Assembly: GCA_010909165.1 (NCBI GenBank)
Contig: MU008182.1
Location: 310,001-374,000 of the forward strand
Length of the DNA stretch: 64,000 bases
Reading direction: 5' to 3'
Origin: Anthoceros angustus
Lineage: Eukaryota > Plantae > Anthocerotophyta
The number at the start of each line of letters is the position of its first letter. The first letter of the stretch is position 1. Under the pieces are notes generated by a model. The model was not told the DNA's origin and searched no databases. It saw only the letters and a list, made by a program, of their open reading frames with translations. The translations under genes and the position numbers were made by a program. Below are positions 1-11,229 of this stretch, piece after piece.

Positions 1-853
1 TACACGAGGATGTTTGCGGGCGCAAACAAATGGGGAGAGGAGCATGTGGAACGAAGAATTTTGGTCACCCAAGACGCGCAGAGACCGACGTAGGATGGGT
101 AGTTGTTCGTGGTAGGTAGTAGGTAGGTCGATAGAACAGTAGGAAGATGGTAGGACGTCCGAGGAGTTCGGACTTAATCGAGTCTGTTCGATCCAGGAAG
201 TATGGGTAGATAGAAGCATATATAGGCATGATAGGTTCCATAAAGTTCCTTGGACCATGGGGAGTAAGAATATTCGGGATAAGAAGTTCCTTGGCCTTGA
301 ATTATTTAGGTTCGCATGGCTATATATGCCAAATAGGGCTAGTTAAGTTGTAAATAGAAATGGCTAGGAGTTTTGAACCGGACACGGCGGCCATCGGAGG
401 AGCGAATTAAGGCGATTTGCATGTACCGCAAATCGTTAGCTGTGGTTTGAACGGGCGCCAGCGAACCGCAGGCGGGCGCCGAGGGAGGTGGAGTTGCGCT
501 CGAAGGAAGGCGGCAGTGAGCGCGTCTTCACGATTGCGCGCCAAAGCCGGGAGGGGAGCAACGGCGAGCAAGGCTGAGGCGCGCGAGTGGAGGCGCCGAG
601 CAAGGGGCGGTGTTGAGAGGCTCGGGGGAAGAGCTTGCAAGGCTACCGCAAAAAGGCGCAAGGTGGAGAAGTTGCTGGAGGGGAGATTGAAGGGGCCAAG
701 GCCACCTCTTAGTGGTTGCGTGAGGCGATCGCCGAGGAGGAAAACTCCCTTGCTGTCTCACCCAAACCACCACCTCTTTGCTCTCCACTCTCTTAGCCCG
801 ATAGATTACTCCAAACTCTCCAATTTTGCTATCCTTGTGTGTGCTCCCATGCG

Positions 854-3800
854 ATGGTGAAGATAGTGAGGACGGAACGGGTACCCCACGGGAGGAAACC
901 TCCGCCGGCCACACCGTCCACAAAGGGAAAAGGTAAGAAACACCCAATTCCCGAGTTCGAGTGTAGGCCGCTCCAAATTTCACCTCGAGATTTGGAGGCG
1001 TTCAAGCGCTACGCGCCGAGATGAAGATGGAATGGCTGTACTTGGTACCTGGGTGGCACTTTGCGAGCCCTGCCTTGGTTCAGGAGTGTGCGCGACGAAT
1101 GAGAGTGACCAAGGCGACGGCCACCCGAGGATGCGACATCAAGTCATCCCGGGATGTGGAAGGTACATTTGTGATACGATTTGATACCGGAAGCCCACAA
1201 GGAGGGATCATTCCGGCAGCTTCTCCAAGAATCGGATCCGGAGGAGGTTATGAGTATGTTCCTACAAGGAGGAAGTATGGTCGCAAGGCAATGGTGGAGG
1301 ATCTCTTTGTTCAAGGAGCGGAAGTGGAATTTATTCGCCAAGATATGGGACTAACGCGGCGAAGGAAGACGACTGGAAATTCCCATTTAATGATGATATG
1401 AGATGTCCTGGAAAGATGGATTGGGCCACCATTCTCAGTATGAACAAAGCGGGCGACCGAACCATTTGGTGATGGAGGAGCAAGAATCGCTTTGTCTCTA
1501 CCTTCCTCGTACACCTATATCGAGGGAGGAGGTTCTTACATGACGAAATGGAAGAAGCCAAGATAGAAGCTACGGTGAGGGTGGTGGAAGGAGAGCCATC
1601 ACGCCCCAGGATGAAGAGAGGAGACCCCGGGCAAGAGACCGCCACGCCCGCGAACCAACATGAGGCCTCGTGGATCGAACCCAACAAGAGAAAGGGAAAG
1701 AGGCCATAGAAGAGCCTCCTACGGTGGAAGGAGGAAAGGATACGAGACCACCTACCGGAGGGTTGAGGATTGGAAGGCCGACAACACCAAAGGGGGAATG
1801 AACCCCTACGGGACCTGTGGAGGATGGAGGACCTCTAGGACTTTACCTCCTACCAAGAGGTAGTCTAACGATGGAGGCACAGAGAAGAACGCCGAGGAGC
1901 GTTGGTGACCTACGCACCAACGGGAGGAGTGAGGGAAGTGTTTGAGAACAGCATCCTACAAAGGTTAGTTGCTGAGCTGAGGGAAGTGGGCGCAGGATCT
2001 ATGGACGCCCTAGTGGACAGTGTCGGAGGTGGCCAAGTTCGTCGAACTTGAGACCTACGAAAGGAGCCGGAGGATGAGAAGAAATTGAGAGGAGCTCAAA
2101 ACCACCTCCGAGAAGCAACACTCCGTGCTAGATCCGCCAAAGAGCGACAGATGACCACCAAGTTGGTGAATGTGTGAAATGATTGACCGTGTCTTAGGAC
2201 AGAGGCAAAATCGCCAAGAGGGTGAGGAGTTGGAAACCGCCGAAGGAGGTGAAGGAAGTTGGAAGCCGCCCTAGCAAGGGTAGGACACATCGAACGCAGC
2301 AAGGAGGAGGCAAGATTCTACTAGCAAGGCCCCGGAGACCTTGAAGACGAGAAGGACCTCCTACGAAGAAGTTAGTTGCCATGGAGCAACGGAAGGAGCA
2401 TTACAAGGGAAAATACTACTTGGTGAAGGAACGAAGGATGGGACAATGTGACCAAGGGTCACAAAGAGGAGCTCAAAACCACCTCAGAAGCAACACTCCG
2501 TGCTAGATCCGCCAAAGAGCGACAGATGACCACCAAGTTGGTGAATGTGTGGGAAATGATTGACCGTGTCTTAGGACGAGGCAAAATCGCCAAGAGGGTG
2601 AGGAGTTGGAAACCGCCAGAAGGAGGCGAGAAGGAAGTTGGAAGCTACCCTAGCAAGGGTAGGACACATCGAACGCAGCAAGGAGGCAAGATCTCACTAC
2701 AAGGCCAGTGAGACCTTGAAGACGAGAAGGACCTCCTACGAAGAAGTTAGTTGCCATGGAGCAACGGAAGGAGCATTACAAGGGAAAATCGACGCTTGGT
2801 GAAGAGCGACAAGGATGGGACAATGTGACTAAGGGTCACAAAGAGGAGCTTCAGACACGAGAGAACTTTTGGAGCAACAACGAAGAAAAACCCGACCTTA
2901 CCCACGCCTATGAGACGGAGGCAAGGAACCGCCGAAGGAAGTTTTGATGGCCCAACGATCTTTGGAGGGTCTTGTCATTCGAGGAGCGAGGGCGATCATT
3001 AGTGAAACATGGCGATGGAAGCCATGGAGAAAGATAAGGAGATTGGGAGGCTTGCCCCGGAGTTGGAGGAGCAGTGGAGAAAGAGGCCGCATTGGTAGGA
3101 GTGGCACAACAGGCCGGGTGGGACGAGTGAGTCATCCCACTAAGGGTCCGCATCATGGACGCACAAAAGAAGGAGAGTGGTAGGGTGGCGACCTACTACA
3201 ACAACCTCCTAGAAGCGATTGAGGAACGCTACAGTGAGGAAGATGAAGAAACGGACCTCACTGTTCTGACACCAAGTGGAATGGCAGCCCTGGAGGCTGA
3301 AACTTTAAGTTGGTACAAGGAAAGGCAGGCTGTGCTAGACATAGCCGAACGAGCGAGCCAAGAAGCACCTACGGCGACGCCAGTAGGACCTCCCGGGACG
3401 GTGGAGCTATCAAGCGGGGAGGAAGAGCCGGATGGTAGGACGGTACCTACCAAAGTTCCTACTCGGGAACTGAAGAGGAGGAGGTGACCCCAAGGAAGGG
3501 TACCTCCCCGACGAAACCAGTGTGAGGGAAGGAACCCCCATAGCAAGATCCGAGAGGTAGGGATGAACCGCCTACCAAGAAGACGAGAAGGACCTCCTAC
3601 GAAGAAGTTAGTTGCCATGGAGCAACGGAAGGAGCATTACAAGGGAAAATACGACGACTTGGTGAAGGACGACAAGGATGGGACAATGTGACTAAGGGTC
3701 ACAAAGAGGAGCTTCAGACACGAGAGAACTTTTGGAGCAACAAGAAGGCCGACGACCTTACCCACGCCTATGAGACGGAGGCAAGGAACTGGAAGGAAGT

Positions 3801-4720
3801 TTTGATGGATCTTTGGAGGGTCTTGGTCATTCGAGGAGCGAGGCGACGCCATAGTGAAACATGGCAATGGAAGCCATGGAGAAAGATAAGGAGATTGGGA
3901 GGCTTGCCCAGTTGGAGGAGCGTAGTGGAGAAAGAGGCCGCATTGGTAGGAGTGACAGCCGGGTGGGACGAGGTCATCCCACTAAGGGTCCGCATCATGG
4001 ACGCACAAAAGAAGGAGAGTGGTAGGGTGGCGACCTACTACAACAACCTCCTAGAAGCGATTGAGGAACGCTACAGTGAGGAAGATGAAGAAACGGACCT
4101 CACTCGACAGTGGAATGGCACCACAGGTCAAACTTTGAGTTGGTACAAGGAAAGGCGGGCTAGACATAGCCGAGGCGAGAGAAGCACCTACGGCGACGCC
4201 GAGGGACCTCCCGAGACGGTGGAGCTATCAAGCGGGAGGAAGAGGCGATGGTAGGATGGTACCTACCAAAGTTCCTACTCGGGAACTGAAGAGGAGGAGG
4301 TGACCCCGGAAGGGTACCTCCGGTCACGAAACCAGTGTGAGGGAAGGAACCCCCATAGCAAGATCCCGTGGTAGGGGATGACCGCCTACCAAGAAGGCGA
4401 GAGGGGAGGAACCCATCGAGGATGAACGAGTAGGAGGAATGGAACCTCCTACCAAGAGGAAGACCTACCAGTGGGGGCGATGTGGCGGTGCTACGGCATA
4501 GTCTGGAAGACTCACGGAGGTGGGCAAGGCTAAGCGACCCATCGAGGGAAGACATTGTCGCGAGGCTAACAAAAGCGAACGAGATGTAGGACCTTTTCAG
4601 TAGGACGTTTTGTCCCAAGTGGTGCACACCTTGGGAAGTGTGAGTATTTAAGAGTGGCGGCAGTATAGACAGCTAGGATATTCCGGTCAAGGTGAGCTGG
4701 GCTGAGCTGAGAGGATAAAC
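854..4720 (+). pseudogene. Frameshifted accessory ORF of element 1 (basic N-terminus, W-rich core, acidic/coiled-coil tail)
   Basis: ORF pieces 839-1024, 1021-1401, 3155-3487 and 3688-4254 join across frameshifts. The start MVKIVR and the motif MEWLYLVPGWHFASPALVQEC are homologous to MVKTPR and LQWVYGKHWAYSNLELIEEC at 32818-33343. Confidence 0.55.
2088..4390 (+). repeat. Nested tandem duplications (about 378 bp and about 862 bp units) inside element 1
   Basis: GAGGAGCTCAAAACCACCTC recurs at about 2088 and 2466. GAAGACGAGAAGGACCTCCTACGAAG recurs at about 2345, 2718 and 3580. Copies differ mostly by small indels. Confidence 0.9.
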
Positions 4721-4731
4721 TAGAAGGGGGC

Positions 4732-5509
4732 TGACAAGAGTCCTATTGTTGGACTTGGCAAGTCGCCCTAGCATTAAACTGGCACGAGTGACTAGTCGAC
4801 TCCCCCACCTATAAAAGGGAGGGTGGGAGAATGAATAAACACCGACCTTGCTTTGTCATGCATTCTTCGCCTCCGCGCATCCCTTTGTGTGTGTGCGAGC
4901 TGACCGCCGCCCGCGCACGAGAAGGCGAAGGGGGTGGTCGAGGCCCTCGCGGTGGGTTCGCCAACGGCCCTCTCGTGAAAGATTGTTGTTGGATGTGCTT
5001 TGTGTTGCTGGGTGGCCCTCGGATCGGCGCCGACTACGCCGCTGTGTTCGTACGCAATCGGCCGAGAGAAATACCCACCAGTACCCCTGTGCCAGCCGCA
5101 AGGGAGGCGCAAACCGCGAACGCTACAGTAGAGTTAGATTTGGGATCGAATGAAGTGAGCTTGAATGGGATTGTCATGAGGTATGTTTCGGAGGAGGGTG
5201 TTGATCGGGGTGTGTCGTTGTAGAGTGAATTGATCGCTATGGGTGTGTCGCTAGAGAGTGAATTGATCGCTGTAGTTGGCATAGGAGAGTGTTGAGAAGG
5301 AAGGGCGGAGCAGCGCCGATAACCCAAAACGCACAACACCCACGCCCACACCGAGGACAAGTAGACCGGGCGGAGGTGAGAGAGAGTGAGAGGAGCGACT
5401 GCAAACAATCCGAACCAAATCTCTTGGGATCGAACCTACGTATTCAACGACCGTGGGATAAGTGTGGCCACCGAGGCGAGTTCCGGGTGACCGGGGCTAA
5501 CCTACCACA
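4732..5509 (+). repeat. LTR core (promoter-R-U5) of element 1
   Basis: TG...CA, preceded by AGAAGGGGG. Its 3' end GTGGGATAAGTGTGGCC...CTACCACA is shared in inverted orientation with the copies at 33344 and 61544. Confidence 0.7.
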
Positions 5510-5915
5510 CCGGCTCCTGTGGACAATCCTGGGCTGGCTGCTTCCTGGAATCTGAGGGAGTTGCATCCCCTCCTACAGCGCTCCTGACGGTGGCTTCCCC
5601 CACCTTGGGTCCTTCTTCCGCGACGGTGGCCGGCTCCACCACCGTGGTGGCTGCTTCCCCAACGGTGGCTGTTTCAACCACTGCGGTGGCTGTTGCTCTG
5701 CCCTTCTTCAGTTTGCCTGCCTCTCTCTTGACCCTGGCCCTAGCCTCACCTCTCTCCCGCTTATACCTCTCCGCTAGCTTCTTGAACTTCTCCAGGCGCG
5801 CCTCCACTTGTTCTGCCCCTGTTTGAATGAAGGATCCCCACCTTATATAGACAATTTTATTCCTAAAAATCCCAAGGTCTAAGGACTCTCGGCTGTCATA
5901 CAGTTCAAGGTCCAA
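5510..5915 (-). pseudogene. Coiled-coil/low-complexity ORF fragment, probably TE-borne, cut by the element 1 terminus
   Basis: ORF 5502-5915 (ARLEKFKKLAERYKRERGEARARVKR, ATVVE repeats). No recognisable domain. Confidence 0.3.
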
Positions 5916-6380
5916 GGACTAATTATTTGTAAAAGTAATATTGTCATGGGCCAAGGACCACTTTTAGTATAAAGGCCTTGCCTCGGACATTTCCTAAGCA
6001 CCCCATCACACAAAACATAAGAAAAACAAAAAAAAACATTCAAACCAACAGTCCAGGGGAGGGTTAGTGTACATGTGGTCTTCCACACTGACTGATTGTC
6101 GCACCAAAGCTGAGTTGGTCCTTCATGAAGCTGCTTAAGTCCACATAAGAAAGATCGAATCCAAATAATCTCTCTAGCAGCTTGTGTCATAGCACCATAT
6201 TCTGCTTCCGTAGAGGAGAGACAAATAATGGTGAGCTTTTTACTAGACTAAGAAATAACTGATCCACCTAAAAACGTACAGTAGGCTGCTACACTACGTC
6301 TAGTGTCTGGGTCTCCAGCCCAATCAGCATCACAAAAGGACATAAGCTGCAAACCATCTGGTTGCTTAGAAAAATAAAAC

Positions 6381-8582
6381 CTTTGCGTCTTTTGTTCCTT
6401 TGAGGTACCTAAAAATCCTCTTCTGTGATATGTGGCAAGCGAGGTTCTCTAAAATTGACTAACATTACTAACTGCGCGTGTAATGTCTAATCTAGTCCAA
6501 CCTGATAGATAAATTAAACAACCAACAGCTTGTCGGTAAGGCTTGAGTGCCATCTCGGCCTTTCCTTCTTCTGTTGTCGGACATCTGTGGCCTCAAGTCG
6601 TTCTCCAGTTTTCAGTCGAAAAATAAAACCTGCATTCACATGCTCCTCCCTGCAACTTCTTAAACTCTACCATCTCCTCTACACTTAGAAATATTCACAC
6701 CTTACCACATTCTAGCTCTAATTTTTCTATGGCACATGGATCTACATGTGTTCCCTCTAACTCCTTCCTACACTGTTTTCCCAACCTTTATCAAGAAAGG
6801 TCATACCATAGGCCTTGCTTTTGCGAAGGCTACATCCCAGTGTGGCGTGGTGGTACTCTCTCCTCTATGTAATCATACAAAGACTCCTCCTCTTCCTTCA
6901 GAGTCCTCAACCGGACCAACGTGTGATGTGCATAGCTCAAGCCACAAAACCGGTTCAAAGATACAGCTCTCAAATCATCCCAATCCAACGGTGATGCAGC
7001 CCCATACGTGTGACTATACCCTGCTGGGCATGACCTCGAAGTACTCTAGGAAAATTTCGGAGACAATCCACGGCTGAGACTTCCAAATTCGCATGAGTCA
7101 CGTGTTCAAAAGTTTGCACAAAAGCCTCATCATCTTCACCTCGTTTCTTCTCCCCAAATCTCACATACTGCTGGTGACTGACTTCCACCACCTCTACTTC
7201 CTCCACTCATGGTTGAGGGCGTCCACAAAACTGTGGGCACACCTCCCAACAAACTCCTTGCAATACTGGCAATAAACAGATGCTGCCTGCAAGCGGGATG
7301 TACTGTACACAGACTTGGGCACACAAGCGCCTCAGTCCCCCTAACAAGCAAGGTTGAAAGGGCAGCAAGTTGGGCAATAATTCGATCAAGACCTTGCGAA
7401 AGCTCAGCCATTAGATCTCGTACCCCAACTTCTCCACTGCCAAATCTCACCCTCTTTCCTTAGATAGCTTTTCACCTGTAGACATAGGTGTGCTTCTTTG
7501 CGTGCTGTTCCTTTGAGGTACCTAAAAATCCTCTTCACTGCGCAGCCCAATGTGGCAAGCCAGGGTTCTCTAAAATTGACTAACATTACTAGCTGGCGTG
7601 TAATGTCTAATCTAGTCCCCGATAGATAAATTAAACAACCAACAGCTTGTCGGTGAGCTTGAGTGCCATCTCGGCCTTTCCTTCTTCCGTTGTTCGGACA
7701 TCGCGGCCTCAAGTCGCTCTCCGTTTTCGATGAAAATAAAACCCGCATTCACATGCTCCTCCACCGCAACTTCTTAAACTCTACCATCTCCTCTACACTT
7801 AGAAATATTCACACCTTACCACATTCTAGCTCTAATTTTTCTATAGCACATGGATCTACATGTGTTCCCTCTAACTCCTTCCTGCTGTTTCCCAACCTTT
7901 ATCAAGAAAGGTCATACCATAGGCCTTGCTTTTGCGAAGGCTACATCCTTGGTGGCGTGGTGGTACTCTCTCCTCTATGTAATCATACAAAGACTCCTCC
8001 TCTTCCTTGAGTCCTCAACGGACCAGCGTGTGATGTGCATAGCTCAAGCCACAAAGCGGTTCAGATATAGCTCTCAAATCATCCCAATCCAGCGGTGATG
8101 CAGCCCCATCGTGTGACTATACCGCTGCTGGGCATGACCTCGAAGTACTCTAGGAAAATTTCGGAGACAATCCAGTGAGACTTCCAAATTCGCATGAGTC
8201 ACGTGTTCAAAAGTTTGCACAAAAGCCTCATCATCTTCACCTCGTTTCTTCTCCCCAAATCTCACATCTTGCTGGTGGTGACTTCCACCACCTCTACTTC
8301 CTCCACTCATGGTTGAGGGCGTCCACAAAGCGTGGGCACACCTCCCAACAAACTCCACCTGTCTGGCAATAAGCAGATGCTGCAAGCGGGATGTACTGCA
8401 GACTTGGGCACACAAGCGCCTCAGTCCCCTAACAAGCAAGGTTGAAAGGGCAGCAAGTTGGGCAATAATTGATCAAGACCTTGCGAAAGCTCAGCCATTA
8501 GATCTCGTACCCCAACTTCTCCACTGCCAAATCTCACCCTCTTTCCTTAGATAGCTTTTCACCTGTAGACATAGGTGTGCTT
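6381..8582. repeat. Tandem duplication, about 1.1 kb unit (6381-7494 / 7495-8582)
   Basis: TTCCTTTGAGGTACCTAAAAATCC at 6394 and 7507. Both copies end ...CACCTGTAGACATAGGTGTGCTT. Confidence 0.9.
6585..7450 (-). mobile_element. Ty3/gypsy gag fragment inserted into the RT of copia B (second copy 7702-8537)
   Basis: Decodes to ...FPRVLRGHAQQ(W)YSH...DWDDLRAVFLNRF..., a retrotransposon gag core. It interrupts copia RT between EKLSKE(R) and CPTTEEGKAEM, with AGA shared at both junctions. Confidence 0.7.
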
Positions 8583-11229
8583 ACTGGGCGTGCATCTTCC
8601 ATCTTGAACCTCTTAAGTAGTTGATGTACAAAATACTCTTGATGAATATCAATAGTGTTATCACGGGTGTTAAAATGAAATTGAACACCAAGAGAAAATG
8701 ATAACTGCCCCAAATCAGTCATATCAAATCTTGCCAAAAGAACTGCTTTTATTCTTGCCATAAGAGTTGGTGACGTGCTAAATAAAATATTGTCATCCAC
8801 ATAAAGCGTTAAAATGATAAAATCATTGCCATCCCATAAAATATACGCTGTATCGTCAAACATGTGAAACCCAATTCTATGAGCAATGCATGAAACACTT
8901 CATTCCATGCAGGGAAATTTAAGACCATAAAGTGTTTTAAAAGTGACACACTTTATTAGGGTCTATAATAAAACCTTCCGGTTGGGCCATGTAGATGACC
9001 TCATCTAAGGTGCCATTAAGAAAAAGTTTTCGTCTAAGCGATGTACGAGGAGATTGTAGTGAGCAGCAAGGGCCAAGAGTATTCTTATGGAGGTAGACTT
9101 AACAAGCTGGGGCAAATGTTTCATTGTAGTCTAGTCCCGCTACTTGACTATAACCCTTTGCCACGAGGCGAGCCTTATACCTACCAACACTACCATCGGA
9201 TTAAGTTTCTTCTTGAAGACCCACTTACAAGCAAGCGGTTTGCGACCGGAGGAGATCAACGAGAACCCAAGTTTTGTTAGAAATGAGAGATTGATATTCG
9301 GACTCAATAGCCTTTTGCCAAAAGGAAGCTTGAGGCCCTTCAATTGCTTCTCTATAGGTGGCGAGTTCACCTAATGATTCTACAACACTAAAAACATAAG
9401 GAGGTGGAAAAAGGATTCCTCTACAATACACTGCGACATATGGAGGCTCTTTCCACTCGACCTTGGAGGACGGTGTCAGTGGAACGCGTAGTACTTGAGG
9501 AGGCTCTTCATTGGCTTCATTAACGTCATCTGTCTGGATCAAGCACTATGTCATTAGCCACCTCTGGATGTGCGGGTGAACATCATCAACTACAAGTTGG
9601 AGCGGCGGGTAGGAGCAGCCCCTCTCAAGCCAAAGAGGAGTCATCCTCAAAAATAGTAACACAAGAATCATCAAACGCAAAGAGTCGGAAGGTGGGTCCG
9701 AAACACGGATATAGATCGGAGGCATAGTTGCCGGAGGAAGTTGAGCATGTTGTGAAGCAAAATATCTTCGTTAAAAACCACACTTGAAATGGTCACTGGC
9801 GTGTAATCGGATCAAACAACTTGTAACCCTTCACATCATCGGAGTAACCCACAAAAATTCTACGGACTGCCTTCAAATCCAACTTATGACGAATAGCTGT
9901 AGGGACATAAGCATAAGCAGGTGATCAAAAAATGCGTAGATGCCCTATACGGGGCTTCTTTCTAGTCCATCTCTCATAAGGAGTTGTCAATCCAAGCTCC
10001 TTAGTAGGCAATCGGTTGAGAACATAATTTGCAGCCATCAATGCCTCAGCCCAATATCCACGAGAGAGGCTGGCAAAAGTAAGAGAGGCCAAAGTAGCCT
10101 CTTGCAGTGTCCGGTTTTTCCTCTCAGCAAAGGAGTTCTGAGTAGGAGTATACAGCACGGTGAGCTGGTGTTGTATCCCTTCCAAAGAGCAAAATTCCTG
10201 AAAAGCATTGCTGATGTATTCACCGCCATTGTCATCGTAAAATTTTAACCTTGTGACTGCGGGATGCCAACCGCACATAGGTTTGAAAACACATAAAAGC
10301 CTCGCTTTTATTTCTTAACACATAAACAATACAATAGCGGCTCCATTCATCTATGAATGTAATAAAATAAGCAGCTCCTCCAAATGAGCTGGTGGACATA
10401 GGCCACAAATATCACTATGAATAGTATCCAAAAGGCGAGGCCCTTGTTGAGTGGAGATCCGTATATGGCTTAGAAAATGCTTTACTAAGTTGACAGGAGT
10501 CACAAAAGGGGTGACCAGAAGGGAGATAGGGAAGTGGATCTCTAAAGCTATCACCCTTCATAAGAGATGCTAGACGCTGAAAATTTATGTGGGCAAGACG
10601 ACAATGCCAAAGGTGCATTGAAGCTTGTTTTTGAATGGCATTAACAGACTGAGTGGGTTGAGGTTGCACTATGGATTTGACATCTAATAAATACAAATCA
10701 TGAAAAGGGGTGCCTGAGAAAAGGTCATGACTTGATGGAACATGCGTTACAGTGCAACCAGTTTGATCAAAGCAGACTCGGCAAGAGTGTTCTTGTGACA
10801 ACTTAAGCACCGACATCAAATTTTTGGTCATAGAAGGGACAAATAAAACACCAGAAAGTGTGAGTGAAGACTCATCTGAGAGTTGTATGACCACTGAGCC
10901 CGAGCCCTTGATGGAAAGCCCACTGTCATCACCCAAAAGCACAAACCGATTGGCATCATATGTGGGTGAGAAAGTTTTAAATGAGTGTCTGTCAAAACAA
11001 ATATGGTAGTAGCTCCACGAATCTAAAACCAAGTTTCTACTTGAGAATGAGCAGATGAAAGACAAACACTAAGATTGTGGAAGACTTAGCCTTTGTGGTT
11101 GTGAGGTTTGATTCAGAAGACTTGCATCTCGACGAGGCTCACCAGCCCTTTTCTTCCGGCAATTCTTCTCAATATGGCCGGGTATCTTGCACCAATGGCA
11201 AGTCATATTTCTGCTTTGGTGCTGCTGCA

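Larger units (their letters stand above)
1..5509 (+). mobile_element. 3' part of an LTR retroelement carrying an accessory ORF (element 1; Athila/Tat-like architecture inferred)
   Basis: Purine tract 32-44 then TGTGG at 45. Decayed ORF from ATG 854. Second purine tract 4722-4730 then TG at 4732. TATA-like CCTATAAAAG near 4810. Ends ...CTACCACA at 5509. This terminus matches, in reverse complement, the element ends at 33344 and 61544. No pol domains of this element are in the window. Confidence 0.7.

Noticed and set aside
8870-9010. Apparent insertion in the copia B RT resembling the LTR motif GTGACAC...TTAGGGT at about 34785
   Set aside because: It translates as native RT (MAQPEGFIIDPNKVCH...LYGLK), so the similarity is coincidental.
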